DNA from: Girardia tigrina
Taxonomy: Eukaryota
Assembly (NCBI GenBank): GCA_001938485.1
Contig: MQRK01228564.1
Coordinates: 1 to 64,000 of the forward strand
Direction: 5' to 3'
Length of the DNA: 64,000 bases
The first letter of the stretch is position 1, and each line of letters opens with the position of its first letter. The notes under the pieces were generated by a model that was not told the DNA's origin, did not search any database, and was given only the letters and a program-made list of their open reading frames with translations. Both the position numbers and the translations under genes were made by a program. Positions 25,101-38,910 of this stretch are shown piece after piece.

Positions 25101-28100
25101 TAGTAGTAATAATAATAAAGATCATTTAATTAATTATCATCATTAAATTACGATCATCATTTAATTACTTATAACAAGTACATAACTTATCATAATTATT
25201 TAAAATACTGCTTATAATGACAATGGTTTTAATAAAAATATAATGATGATGGCAATTATACGTAACAAATAATGTAATAGATATGAAATGTAATTGACTC
25301 GTTTTATGACGCATTCTTTCCAAAAGAATTATTATAAGACCGTTCTTGACGAGTAAAAAGAAAAGACATCTGTGCTAGAGATCAGAAATAATTTTTATTT
25401 ACCAACATTTCTTGAACTGGTTTGTGCGACCAGAAATATTCAACATCTGTGCTACTGGTTATTTGAACAATGCCTAATCTCAGCGCTTTTTGTAAAATAT
25501 AATCGATTTTAACTTACTAATAATTATCTTTTTTTTGATCAAAAATTCTTTGATTTTGTTTTCTTTTGTTCATTCTGTTAAGTCTTATCAATACGATTGT
25601 CATGGTAATGATTCTTTCTTTCTCATGGAGTAAGAAAAATTTACAAAAAGGAAAAAACATTGATGAGCACTAAAAATAATTAAGTAACCACATTCGGAAG
25701 TGTTTAGAACATTTAGAAGGGATATTTTTACAAATATATGTAGTGTCAAAAATGATTCTAATGACACTCAAAATGTAAAGTTTCCTTTAAATAGATCGAG
25801 GGCGGTTTGTGTATTGCATACTAATTTGGTCTAAAAATCTAATTGTTAGGGCTGTCATAACTCGTATATTGGAGGGATAAGTCGTCATCTCAAGTGCCGG
25901 ATTAATGATCATTAACAATTTAGTAGATATGCTCTTAATCATAATATGTAAGGCCGCCTCAATATGAAAAATTTTATTACGTATAATACTTTAAATATAA
26001 TACTAATCACTTACAATCTATCGATAAATTTTCGTAATGTATAAAAATTATAAACTTCTTTTTCTGATTCTGTATTACTTATTATAATATTGTAATTTAG
26101 ATAAAAGAACAATAGAAAGTCCATTAAAATACCAATATTATAATTTTACTTTGAGAAATTGTAAGTTCACAATATCCGGCAGGAGAATTTCTAAACATTT
26201 GAATTCACCTGATGTTTTATATGATAAGAAGTAAAGGCTTTTATGAATTCCTTATAGTTTTATTTAAATATTTCAAATTTTATTTTTTATATTTAAATAC
26301 AAAAAATTTTTTTATTAAATATTGTTATTTTGGGTTTGTATAAAAATGAATTGTTTTTTAAAAACATTGAAACTGTTTTGTAAATTTATTTAAATTTCAT
26401 TTCTATAGTTAATTCAAAAAGCTTTAAATATTATTTAAATAAACAATTTGATTTATTGTATATACACATTTTAACAACCTTTAAAATGAATTGAAATAGA
26501 CTGAACGCTTATATTGACATTTATTGACTAATTGTTCTGTGAAATGACTTTGGTTACTAAAGTTTGCGTTGAAGAAAGTGTTACAATATTAATTAAATAA
26601 TTTTGAGACCGGTTAATGAAGGGGATGATTACACAGCAACGTGTATTTTTATCGTAATATTTTATTCAAATACGTTTTTTAACAGCTTGCTTTGCTATTT
26701 TCAATCGATTTCCATTTTTTGCTATTTCAATTGTAGATTTAGTTTACATAAATTACGTTTAATTACTCAGATTTTCGGAATTCTTTAGAACTCAGTAATA
26801 TATAATAATTTTTTTGTAAAAAAAAATTTCACTATTAATTAATTTTTATGGCACTTTTCTTCAGTCAACATTATTAAGATATAAAGATATTTATTGTGGT
26901 TTGTTTAATTTGTGTTTTACTGAAGCGCGACACACGTGATTGTAGACCGATTAGGGTGATTTAAACAAATAAATCTTAATATATGTGACCGCAGCTGAGA
27001 AAACGGACCACAAGTCGCTGCACAGAAAGACCAGAAATCGCCTGTAATAGTGGATTGGTCAAAAATGGGGCTGTGAGGAATATTTGAATGTTTGATGTTT
27101 TGTGTTTGAATGTGTATGTTGATTTGGAAATGTGTCTCTCATACCCAGATGGATGATTAATGTTTTAATTCTTATTGTCTGAAAATATGTTATGTTTAAA
27201 TTTATTTTTAATTTCATATAATTTTAAAATTTTAAATAAGTTAATTAATTTTTATAATATTTAATAAATAAATCAAATTAATATTTTGATTAAAGAAAAT
27301 TAATTATCATTTTAATTATTATCCAATAAGTTTAGAGTGAATATTTTATTTAAATATTTATTTCCCCATTTTCTAAAAAAGTAATGAGAATTAAAACCAT
27401 TAATCAATTTCGCTTTGAATGCAAATGTACGAAAATTTTGACAAAGATTGTCTTGAGGACAATCAAAATTGTTGTTTAAATAAAAATATAAAAAATCAAA
27501 TTGGAGTTCTTAATAGGGGCAAAAGTAGTTCTCTATCTATTTCAATAGGTCAATCCATGCCCCTGAATACAGTATACATCATTTGTTGTTCTGACATATT
27601 TATAGGCCTTAGCTACTAACTTCAAGTGACTGAGTGAAAGGGACACAAGTCGGCCATTGTGTTTTCGTTAATAAATCATACCAATACTGAGGAAAATACT
27701 TTTTGTAATTAGGTATATATAGCGGGCTTGATGTTTAATTTCAGTGAAAATATTTAAAGTCAGATGAATCATTATTCAGACTGCTGCTGCTGTCTAAAAG
27801 CATTGCATAATAAACATAATGTTTCAATTCGCATTTTCTCAAAAATGAGTTTTTACGAATATGACCATTGTTAATATCTGTAGAAGAGTCAAATGATGGA
27901 ATATCAGCATGATTTTTTTGCACAGTTGTTAACTATTATGAGACTTAAACGTGACACTCTTAACTCAGTTTCCTACTTGTGGTCCCTTTTCTCAGATTTG
28001 GTTACATATTTTAAGATATTTTATCACCTTTTGTATCATTTAAATTAATGCAACATTAACAAATTTTATTCATTAAAAATTAATATTCGTCTCTCATTGT

Positions 28101-30834
28101 TTGATACTATAAAACAACTAAAATATCCAGAATTTTCCCGGAAATAAAGCATACCACTGATTTTTGTTAAAAATTTTTAATAAATTTTTTATTAATACCT
28201 TTTCAGATGTAAAAATGTTTTATTGTTTAATTTTGTTTACATCTTAAATTGAAGAAAACAAAAATACAAAAAAAAGCAATACATACTTCTTATTATCTGA
28301 ATTTCATGGGGAAAATGTTACTGAATTTTGTAAGTGCAAATGACTTGATAACAATGGTTCAAAGAAGGAAAGCTAATTTTGAGACAATTAAGTGTGATAA
28401 TAGTGATAACACAGAATACAAGCATCTACAGATCTACGGTCAATTATATTGGAGAATTATATCATTCTATTGTAGAATATGAGTCTAAATTGTGTGAAAA
28501 ACTGATACTCAAGAGTTGGCAAAGGAAATGGGTCTGCGATTTTGAATACTACCTAATGAATTTAGAAAATATAATAAGACGAATATTGTCAGAAGAACAG
28601 TAGTCTTAATAATGTGAAGAACTTTGAGCTTGCCGAAGAAATAACTCTGAAATTTTAAATAATGAATTTAGAATATAGAAGAATTAGCTAAACGATTTTT
28701 TTAACAATTTAAAATTGATTTTTCCATTGATTCTCCCGAATTTATGATCGAGATGGAAAAGGCATCCGTTTAAATGACACACAAATATTCGATCACTATT
28801 GGCCACATGATTTGATGGAACAAAGTACAGGTTTGGCTCAAAAGTTTCTGCCGAAATTTCAATAACAAATGAATATCAACAAAGTATTTAATCATCAACG
28901 TCACATAAGTTTTCAAAATATTCTCAATGCATCTTTGCCACCTTCCCGGTAACTTGTTGGAAGTAACTCTTGGAAGAATTGCTGCGGTTTTGAGTCAGCT
29001 CATTGTTGAATATCGTGTATTACAGCAGATGAATTGGCGTAATCCTTTCCTTGCAAGTCAGATTTCATTGGTCAAAAAAGGTAATAATCCGAGGGGGGCA
29101 ACTCTGGCGAGTATGGTGGATGTTCAAGAATGTTGAGACGAAGCTGAGTAATCTTCTCTTGTGTGATGATAGCCGTATGGGGCCTCGCATTGTCGTGCTG
29201 GAAGTAGAGATTCCCATGAGACATTCGTCTTCACCGTTTCTCAAAAACGGCTACATTCAATTGCACTCAACAATTTTTCTTGTTGTAGGTCGCGGATCTT
29301 CTTTGAGAACAGTGAGTGAGAACAGCGGATCTCCTCTTCCAAATTGTATGACGGTCGTCCTCACCGACAAAGTTTCCACTATTGAATTTTGCTACCCAGT
29401 GGAACATGTTCTGAGGCCAATTGTGCCTGCACCAAGGATGCAGTTGATTTCTTTATGATTATTGGTAGTGGACAGTCCTCTATTCCAGTTGTAATAAATG
29501 ATTTTTCTAACATCTTCTCGAGTAAACTGCATTTTCAGTACGAATACTCATTAGAAAAACGAAAAACATTCGTAATAGATTTGAATAATGGAAAAGCTTG
29601 AATAATATGGATACAAATCAGATTTTCTTTCATCTATTTTTTCGTGATATATTTATAGAGTATTCATAAAGTAAATGAAGTGAGAAATTGTTTTGTTAAA
29701 AATATTGTATGTTAATTGACGATTACTTCTGTTATGATTACTTATTTACAACCCCTTGATACAGCTATCAATAAACTATTTAAAGATCATTTAAGAATGT
29801 AAATAAGTAATTACATTTGTCCTAGAATGTGATAGCAAATTTATCAGTCATATATAAAACTAGTTGCTTCCATGATCAAATGTGTCAAGTGTCACTTATG
29901 GCACCATTTTGGAAGACATTTTAAAAATCATAAAAATTTTTTAAATCATAAAAAAATATCGCCTTTATATATGACATTCGTTTTAAATAAATGTAATGTG
30001 TTTTCCAGTGGAGAACGTTGATTACCTATCATACCAAAAAGAAAACTTAGGAGAGAAATATGCACGAAATCTGTTTTTGTACGGTTTTATAAAAATTTTC
30101 ATATACTTCATAAAAACTTCATGAAAAACATTCCAAGTTATTTTATCAAATTATTGATGACAAAATAATAAAATTTACAATGAAAAAAGCTAACAAATTT
30201 TAATTATACTTATAAATAAAAAATCTCAAAGTAAAATAAGTAAATTTGGTAATTATTAGAATAATCACATAAAATTTAAAATCATCTACATCTAATTTTT
30301 AATAAATCATAATATTCATTAAAAACATTTGTGATAATGCTAATAAATAAATGTCATAATTTTATTTCGAATACATTCAACTTTTTTTTTGTTATTTTAA
30401 TTTTAAATAATTTTTCTGTTATTTTAATATAAACTTGATATATTTACTTATGTTTAATTTCTAAAGAAAAGAAAGATGATTTAATTCTACACTATTTCTA
30501 GCATTGTCAGTGTACAAATAATAGCTATTCAAAAGATTTATTTCCTATATGCACTGAACTGCAATCAATTTTCATATTGGACAATTCACCTGGAGCATAC
30601 CGAGATTATCCAGGTGTGTTGATTTTGTTATTGATCAGTTTATAAAAGATCATAATCACTCAATAATTTCCCATTGCAGACAACGCTATTCCAATCAAAT
30701 CTTGGTTTTCTGATCCAAAGGACACAGAATTATTGAATCTGTTGCCGATATTGGATGCACTTAGATTTGTCAATGATGTGAGATCAATGCTGAGCAGAAA
30801 TCTTCATCGGCATCAGAACAATTCTATCTCTTGA
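13140..30834 (+). CDS. CTDNEP1: CTD nuclear envelope phosphatase 1 (Dullard/Nem1 orthologue), 250 aa, six coding exons
   Basis: Exons 13140-13250, 13336-13402, 13501-13691, 20591-20707, 30502-30613 and 30680-30834, all GT-AG and phase-compatible (753 nt). Motifs: [15 protein letters not shown] (DxDxT), [73 protein letters not shown]. Confidence 0.97.
13770..14510. repeat. Degenerate ~30-bp minisatellite in CTDNEP1 intron 3
   Basis: Units like GAAATTTATCAAATGTAAAATAACCCTCC recur about every 30 bp. Related units occur at ~16060-16270 and ~17810-17910. Confidence 0.75.
14513..15970 (-). mobile_element. pogo/Tigger-like transposon, internally deleted
   Basis: Imperfect TIRs CACCAAGGCCCCGCTTTGCGTC / GACGCATAGCGGGGCTTTGGTA after TA. 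ORFs 15564-15878 ([11 protein letters not shown]...SWNEVS...[12 protein letters not shown]) and 15308-15544 match a Tigger/TIGD1 C-terminus. Confidence 0.85.
14744..15258 (-). mobile_element. Solo LTR, TG...TA family, nested in the Tigger element
   Basis: Minus strand TGTGAGGAATATT...TTCTTAATA. TSD CATTA at 14739-14743 and 15259-15263. Conserved TCTCCCACCCAGATGG box. Confidence 0.85.
15972..16270 (+). repeat. Local duplication of the CTDNEP1 exon 3 end and intron 3 start
   Basis: 15972-16053 matches 13675-13756 with few substitutions, including the GT donor. ~16150-16260 matches ~14060-14170. Confidence 0.85.
16745..17362. mobile_element. 618-bp hAT MITE
   Basis: Perfect 15-bp TIRs CAGTGTCGGGCAACC / GGTTGCCCGACACTG and perfect 8-bp TSD CAATAGGA. 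Confidence 0.95.
19420..19960 (-). mobile_element. Penelope-like element remnant (linker and GIY-YIG); boundaries approximate
   Basis: Minus strand reads [29 protein letters not shown] with one frameshift. Confidence 0.7.
19975..20414 (-). mobile_element. mariner 5' remnant
   Basis: HTH region ...[44 protein letters not shown]-like TAGGGTTACCTCATAAGTT at the right end. Confidence 0.75.
23642..24393. mobile_element. Possible TIR-bounded non-autonomous element
   Basis: Imperfect inverted ends beginning CAGGGT, with a perfect 15-bp core AAGTATGAAAAATCA (23674-23688 / 24326-24340) and an adjoining ATAAATTCTTTATTC match. Confidence 0.45.
25330..25990 (+). mobile_element. Penelope-like element remnant; boundaries approximate
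   Basis: ~25820-25915 reads [29 protein letters not shown] (GIY-YIG). Confidence 0.65.
26981..28009. mobile_element. Non-autonomous TIR DNA transposon
   Basis: ~35-bp imperfect TIRs ATATGTGACCGCAGCTGAGAAAACGGACCACAAGT / ACTTGTGGTCCCTTTTCTCAGATTTGGTTACATAT, with an internal copy of the motif at ~27627. Superfamily not assigned. Confidence 0.75.
27072..27515 (+). mobile_element. Solo LTR, TG...TA family, nested in the TIR element
   Basis: TGTGAGGAATATT...TTCTTAATA. TSD GGGGC at 27067-27071 and 27516-27520. CCCAGATGG box. Confidence 0.85.
28828..29600 (-). mobile_element. Internally deleted mariner, apparently inserted in an older pogo-like remnant
   Basis: [16 protein letters not shown] on the minus strand near 29070-29120. 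TIR-like CAGGTTTGGCTCAAAAGTTT after TA. The flanking + strand has [18 protein letters not shown] (pogo DDE) at ~29743-29800. Confidence 0.8.
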
Positions 30835-31675
30835 TGTATACTTCTTTATTTTTCACTTCGAAAATCTGGCTGCTTTATTTTCTTTTTTATAGTCCAATAA
30901 TTATTATAATAATACTATTAATTGTTTCATAAAATTGGTCGAGTTAAATTGGAAATATGTTGGCCAATGTCCAAAGTTCTTTTTGTCTACTTTTGCGATT
31001 TCAAGAACAACTATCTAACAGTTGAAATTTAATTGACAATTTAATGTACTTTTGGTTTGTATATAGAAAAATATAAAATTAGACAGCACTTGGAGTTTTG
31101 TTTGATGTGTGTCTGCAGTATTTATCTCTTCATTATTGGCTGAATGGCATATTTTCCAACCAGTAAAAGAACGGAGGACCTTTAATGAATAATTTGTGTA
31201 ATCTCTTTGTGAAATTAATATTTTTATCATTTAAAAAATCTGTTCTTTTTATCAACCTTAATGAAGATCGGAAGACTTTTTTTATTTACAATTATATTTA
31301 TATTTGGTTCAATAAATTGAATTACTCAGTTGAGCTTTTTCTTTTTTGACAATTTTATTATGCTACTGGGTTTAATAAATAAAATTAAAACACTACTGCG
31401 ACATAAAATTTTAGGAAATCAAAAGAACAAAATTGTCATTTGATGATTATTCTTGGATTATCTTACATATTCACGTGACAGAAGATTCTTTTGTTCGTAC
31501 TTTTGTTTTTTTTCAAAACTATATTTTGAATTTATTTCCGAAATCTTTGTTGGTATTTTAAGTCAATCATTAGAAAAAGTCTTAGGAATAATGTTTACAA
31601 AAACTGTTAACAAAATATACTACTAAAAACGAATTTTGATTCAATATTAACTAAATAATTATCAATCTTTCATAA

Positions 31676-32734
31676 TGATGAAGGAAATGAAGACCAGTTG
31701 CGAGAGTGTTCGAGTTACGAGAGGAGAATAATGTATCGGCTGTCCAGAACCGTAGCGTGAAGGTTAAGATGTTACATGTAAATAGCTGTAAATATTAAAA
31801 TGGACCCTGATCATTACTTAGATAGCCGTGTGTAATTACTGTAAACAGAATAATAGAAATTACGTCATACCGAGAGTAGGAGTACATTCGCGCGTGTGAA
31901 GACAGAGAGCCTGACGTATGAGAAGTAAAACACCAAACGTAATTAACATAAATGTAAATAATGCGAATAATTCGTAAGCATGGAAAAGAGATCTAGTCGT
32001 TATCTTACAAGTGAATCGGTAGTGGGTTATGAACAGTGAGTTCCACCCTAAGAAGCGTTTAAGGATGTTAACCGGTTCGACTTGATGTTCGTAAGATTAG
32101 AAATGTTCAAATTGGTAAATAAAAATTCAACGAGAGAATGGATAAAATGATTACAAGGCGTGAATGGCAGCCCTTGACATTGTCCGTGAGAGTAGTGATG
32201 CCGTGAGGAAAGAGCAATCGTACGACTTAATCCTGAGAGGTTAAAGAGGAGGTAACCTGAATTAACAAAAGTAACAAAATAGTATATGAAGTAACAAAAT
32301 ATATGTATGAAAAAACAAAATAATATGAATTTGAATCAAAGTTAAGCGAAACATCGAATTATATGAACTGAATGTCAAAGTCAAAAGAGACAGAATAATA
32401 TAATAATTAAAATTGGAATTCACAGAGGTGTAAAATTTATGGCATAAATTGTAAATTGTGTAAATTGTGTAAATTCGAAATTCACATTCAATGATCAATA
32501 AATTTGAGATGATTCGAGCAACCTATCTAAGGAGTATCCGTGAGCTTCAGGAACTGACGGTAACATTGTAAATAAAGTTAAAATTAAATAAATTAGAAAA
32601 GTGTTGTTATATAAACGAAAATTATTGTCAGCTGCGAAGAACCTTTTGTAGGTGGCGCGGGTCGACTGCAGAATGTAAGGGGCACGCGGATCGATCGTCG
32701 TCTATTTCCTTAAGGCTCTCTTCGTTCTCCATCA
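31676..32734. mobile_element. Possible solo LTR (~1.06 kb)
   Basis: TGATG...CATCA termini bound a non-coding block of higher GC than its flanks. No TSD found. Confidence 0.35.
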
Positions 32735-33739
32735 TATATGACCATGAGTATCTAAATAGAATGTGTTAAAATAGAAAGCATAGTTATCAACTCCATCAGA
32801 TACTGAAACCACCTGTCGGGTAGTACTTGTTACTGGTTTGAACCCGAAGGTCGCTCCAAAGGGCATAAAATTCGTTGAAATGAAATAACGGATGGGGGCT
32901 CTGAGTCAACAAAAATGTTGTCGAGAGTGGGGAACGCACCAAATTATGTTTAAGAAAATAATTATCCTTCCAAATTGTGACACGAATGTTGTTATTTAAT
33001 TATTTCTTTGGTATTATCTAGAAAATCACAAATAATATATACAATATCAAAGAAATAATTAATTAACAACAAAAATAACATCAAAATAAGTGCAATGATT
33101 TAAATTAATTGTTAAAAATATATTCAGGTATCCAATCTACTATATCCTTGAATATGTTTTTAACGTAATAATAAATACTACAATCTAAAATTACTTTTTC
33201 TTTTTTTGTTAATGTATATTTTTATATGTTAGATCGTATATATAAAATTGTACCTAAAATAACGATTGTTTTTAACTATCTATTTCAAATGCTGTAACTT
33301 ACAATTAACAATAAATAAAACACACGCAAAAGGAACATAAAAAGACTAAGAATAACAAAATTACTTTTGTCCGAGAGAGAGAGATAAAAAAATATTCATA
33401 AAATATCGTCAATACAACCACTACGATTAAATGGGATCAATTGTAGATGGTAGCGGTTTAATTTTATTTCAATTTGATTCTTTCTTCGTAATTGATGAAT
33501 GAATTGATAATTGTAATATTTGATCAGAAAAAATATTAGTGACCAACCAATTCTTCAACGGTTTAATGGAAACAAAATATTTTTCTTTAATCTTCTTACA
33601 AAATCAATATACGATAAAAAACAATGATACTGAGTTTCACAAAAAACAGCAGCAGAAAATTATAAAATCATAATAATTTTCAATCTTATAAATTAATAGT
33701 GATCAAACTATTGATCATTTTTTTAATTTTAAAACTTTA

Positions 33740-34200
33740 AATTAATTTTGCTTGACGATGTTATATCGTCAAGCATATAAAATTAATTATAATTTAATAT
33801 AAATAAATAACTTTGAATGAAAATAATTCTAAATGAAATATAAATAAATAACTTTTAATGTAAATAAAATAGAAATAAATAAATAACTTTATACAATTGT
33901 CACACTATATTGGCCTTAACATCAACTCTGAACTCTCGGAAAATCAATCCACTGTGTGGATTGAACATTCCAGAAGGTTCTAGGCATTCCATAAGAAGGA
34001 ATGAGTTCCTCAAATTTAAATCTAGGAGTTTCCCAGGGGCAATGGTAGTCACATAAATTTAGTGCCACTGTAACTAGAGAGTTGCATTACACAATAATAT
34101 GTTTTTAACTATCCCACAGATCAGGGATTATTTACAGAAATAAGTCAAGCAGTTTATTTAATGAATTAGTTGGGATAATAAATTAATTGGAACCTTAGTT
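33740..34200 (-). mobile_element. Degraded LINE 3' end
   Basis: Minus-strand SYGMPRTFWN-like terminal motif and a 3' stem-loop TGCTTGACGAT-N5-ATCGTCAAGCA at ~33749-33775. Confidence 0.4.
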
Positions 34201-35459
34201 CTTTAACTGTTAAGCACAGGTAACATGATATAATAAACTTTTATGGCATAAAGGCCCTAAATATCCTATAGACTGAAGCGTGGAATGGGAAATCAAGATT
34301 GACCTAAAATACCAGATTATTTAGAATTTTCATTATATATCTTCACAATTTATCACTTATTACCGACGAAGGCCGGAAGAATTTTTAACTTAAAAGCATC
34401 ATATTAGTTTTTCCAAAGGTATATCTAGTATGCTTTTTTTTAAAAATCAGGAAATGATAAGTTTTTTTCTTTTTTTACGACTGTTGTTGGTTAAATAGTG
34501 ACAAAAAAACAATTTTTATATTTTTTTCAAATCAATTAAACTACAATAACTTAAACTTATTATTCTAATTCCTTCTAACACTTTTAAATTTATTTTAGCT
34601 TTTATTTGTAAATATTCAGATTGGGTATCATTCTTTTTATGTTAATTTTTCGTTACTTAATATACATAAATAGATGTAAATATTTACATAAAAATCTAAA
34701 ATAAATTTTATGTTGAAACAAACCGTTAGTTCAAATAATCGAGGAATGAAGTAACAAAAGATTTGTGAAAATAAATTAAATAACTAATCGATAGTGATGA
34801 AACAACATTGAACGGTATAAATCCATCCTACATTTGATAAACAATTGAGTAATGTCAATGTGGTAAAGTTAACTTAGAGTATCGCATATGTTATTATACG
34901 AAAAAAACATAAATTTATGAACTTATATGTTTTATGATATTCTTAAATTTTTAAATCTCTGTTATGTTCGCACGTTTTTTCAAAGAAATCATATTGTTGG
35001 ATTCAGCGTAGAAGTAAACATGTTCAATATCCGGTTTAACAAATTTATTTCGTCAATTGATCACTTGTTTCATATACGTTTGTAAATTTAGAATATGTTT
35101 TGGAAAACTGAATTTTTGGGATAAACATCTTTATCAATAGATACCGAATATGAATTGTTGTTTCTTAACAAAATATTATAAGATAAATTTCGTGTGAAGT
35201 ATTTCTGAACAAGTTAATCGAACTTTAAATCACACGTAAAATATATATAAAACTCATAATCTAGATATTAAACATTCAAAATTCCGTTCAAATCCGCTGT
35301 TTTTAATCTGGTGTTTACTCATACATCTTAGTAGATAATCTACAAATATAGTAAAACTGTATAAGTCACTATTATGATAACTGATTTATTCCGACAAGAA
35401 CAAAAGTCCTCAAAATGCAATCAATGTGATGGAATGCAAACCATTATCCGAAAAGATTT

Positions 35460-38400
35460 TCTAAATCAGAATTTCCAGTAGGCCTCCCATCTCTTTCAAT
35501 GGTATTGAGCCTAAGGCTCTTTAGAGGGTCCACGCAAACTAAAGTCCTTAAGGGCCCTCCGATAGACCTCCTACGGGGTCAGTGGCCTTCCGCCTCTGAG
35601 CAGTCGGTTTGCCAGTTATAAACGACCAACCATGGAACTTGGTACCATGGCCATATATACCTCTGGCTGTTACGGTGGACGCGTAACAGCCGCGAAATGG
35701 GCACTTGAACTCTCCTCTTGCTGTCGAGTAGTCGGCTGGCAGTCGGTATTGTAAGTGCGGCTCTTCTTCGGTATCATCATTTGTCTGTATCCTCGGCATA
35801 CTCACAGTTGCGTCCGGTAACTGAGAGTTGGATTAGTTTGATGTCGGCTCTTCCTCGTTCTCTCTTTCCAAGTTCTCTTCTCTCTGGGCGTTGGATGTTG
35901 ACGGTTCTTGGTGATTCTTCTGAATGTGAATCCTTAGGAATCCAGCAGTTTTGTATTCCTTCGGCCAATGTTGGCATTGGTAGTTTCCTTTCATCTGACG
36001 TGGCTGGGCTTTCTTCTTTCTTTGTTTTCGTGGGATTGAGCCTGCTCCATCGTGATCTCTTCTGAGATGCCTGTTCAATTCCTTCACTTCTGCATACTGT
36101 CTATGACAGGCATCCATATGGGAGCTGTGTTCTTTTAAACGAGGTAACACCAGTCTCAGTGTTTTCTCGTCCCCATTCCTTTGAATTCTTCTCAGTCGGA
36201 ATATCTTCTCGATCCTTCCATCCATCTTCAGTAGATTCTTCTGCAAAATGTCTCTCTTAAATTCCCCGAAACTGTACTCGGCTCCAAAGAGCCAGTAAGT
36301 GTCCACTCTGAGACATTCTACCAGATATTGCTTTCTTCGACGGCTGATCTTCTTCCCTCCGATGAGTTCACATCCACTGATCTGTTTGACGTTCTCCGGG
36401 CAGTCTCCTAAATCGATTTTCACATTGTGGATGATTCTTCTCCGCGCAATGATATCCATTGGGCTTTGCAGTCCAATAGATATCTCATCCATCCTGATTC
36501 TTTCAGCTTTTGATATCCACAGAGTTCGCCGAGTGCACAGATTGTGAAATGCTTTCAGCTTTTTCAAGTGTGCTTCATTTGTTCTCTAGTTTTCACAGCT
36601 GTAGTAAACCACCGGGAATACACAGCTGTTAATTATGTTCTTCTTGTTCCGGAGAGACAGCTTGTTATTCTTCAACACTGGTCCGATCGTTCGTAGTTTT
36701 GCTGTCCTTTCTGAATCCTGGCCTTGATGTCCGTACCTGAGTTTCCCCTACCCTCAATTATCGAACCAAGGTAGCAGAATTCGTCCACCCATTCAATTCC
36801 TGCATTCAACTCGTCCCTTGCCGTAATGTATTTTACTCCATTGAGATTCAGGATCTTCGTTTTCCCAATGTTGATTTTGAGCCCCATATTCGAGAACGCA
36901 GTGTTGAGACACGTGAGATTTCTTTCAATGTTTCCAAAGTCCTCGTCCAGTAAGCATAGGTCGTCTGCATAAGCAAGCCTGTTCACGGTCAGCTCTTCAC
37001 CGTTGTAGTTCAGTTTCACACCGCCTGATAGTCCCTCTTTGATTGCGGTCTTAATTGCATGATCAAAGACAAGATTGAATAATAGAGGTCCTAATACGCA
37101 ACGTTGGCGGACTCCTTTGTCCATTCTGAACTTATCCTTTCCTATGCTGCCCGTGAAACTTTCATGAAACTTCATGATAATGCTCAGCATCCGATCCTGT
37201 ATTCCAATTCCTTGAAGGCAGTCCCAGCGAACTTTCCTGGGAACGCTGTCGAATGCCTTTCCAAGGTCGATAAAGATAGCAAAAAACATTTATATTTGGG
37301 TATCTGGCCTCTTTTTGTATCTTTCGTGTGATATCAATTGCGTACGCCGTGCTTCTATTTGGTCTGAAACCAAATTGCCAGTCGTCCAATATCCTTTCAA
37401 GATGTGGCATTAATCTATTTGAAATGATTCGGGCCATGATCTTTCCTCCTACATCAAGTAGAAATATTCTTCTATAATTGCTTAGTTCCTTCTTGGACCC
37501 CTTTCCTTTGTATAGGATCACCACCTTCGCCGTTTTTCAAGCCTCCGGGAATTCCGCTCTTCCCTCCCATATGTCCACGAAACATTGCAGGATCTTTTCA
37601 GTTAACTGGAGACCGCCCCACTTATATAGCTCTGGAATGATACCGTTGTTTTCAGCAGCTGTACCGTTCTTCAGTTGCCATATAGCGGTACTTAATTCTT
37701 CTACGTCCGGTGAGTATTCGATGTCTAGTGTTTGGCTCTGTTTGATATCCAGGATATAATCTCTTTCGTTCTTCTTGAATAGATGTGAGAAGTGCTCTGC
37801 TAACACTTCGTCTTTCACACCGCTTTGCACAGTACATAGAGAGGATTCCTTCGTTTGACTATTGCAGAGGACTCTGAGTTCCGTGTATAACTCAGAGGTC
37901 TTGCCCATACATTCTCTATTCAGAATACCTTCTATTTCTTGTCCGATTGTTTCAATCTTCTCTCTTTTCCACTTCCTTAGATGCCGCAAGGTGTTCAATC
38001 TTGAAGCCTTCCATATTGAATATGTCCTTTCACATCTATTCTGAATGTACTCCTTCCTCCGTTTCCATTTCTCCTGCAGTAGTGGTCTCAATTCTTCTAG
38101 GTGCCCGTGTATCCACCTTTGATTGAGCGCGATTTTCTTCTTTCGGTATCTTTCCGTGGTCTTTAAGATGACCTCTTCCAAGTCATCCCAACTCTCGACA
38201 TTCGGACAAGCTTGCCCTATGTCACTACTGATGGCCACTTTGTTGTTCTGCAAGGAGAACCTGTCAATTTTCCCTTCATATTTCTTCTTTCTATCGTTTG
38301 CCAACTTGAGTATCTTGTTGTTGTTGGCGATCCATATCGTTAACACGACTAAAACGTTGTCTGAGCCGCAGTCAAAGTTTGGATAACTTTTGACGTTACT

Positions 38401-38910
38401 TATTCTGTTGCATCTGCTCTTTTGCGACAGGAATAAGTTCAAAATAGCCTCTTCTTCGTTGCTGGGTGTGTTCAGCTAGTTCTTTGCGCCAACTTGTGTT
38501 TGTAGAAGGTGTTCTCTACTCGTAACTTGCACGCATCGGCCAGGTCTATTAATAGACCTCCGTTTTCTGATGTTACTGTTGAACTAGTGTAACACCCAAC
38601 TGTTTTACCATTTTTCTCCGTCCGATTAAGTCGAAGTCGCCTCCAACTATCAATTTGAATTTTCTCTTCTCAGCTTCAGCCATCGCCCTTTCGACATGTT
38701 CCTGCAATGATGCAAAGAACTCCTCCGTTTCTTCACTTGAGTATCCGCTGTCAGTCGGAACGTATACCCCCACCAATGTGATCGACCTGTGTGGTATGTG
38801 ACAGAGGAAAACTCTCTCGCTGATCGCTTCGAATTCGATATTCATATAATCTTTTGATTTTACCATCATAACTACGCCTCTTTCTCTTGTGCTACTCGTA
38901 CTGCCACTAT
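35460..38910 (-). mobile_element. RTE-like LINE, near full-length pseudo-ORF (APE endonuclease, RT, C-terminal C2H2 zinc fingers)
   Basis: VGVYVPT and GGDF (endonuclease); YKGKG...NYRRIFLL, QFGFRPNRST, FIDLGKAFDSV, GVRQRCVLGPLLF, LAYADD, FCYLGS (RT); C-terminal CxxC...HxxxxH motifs. Multiple stops and frameshifts. Confidence 0.93.
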
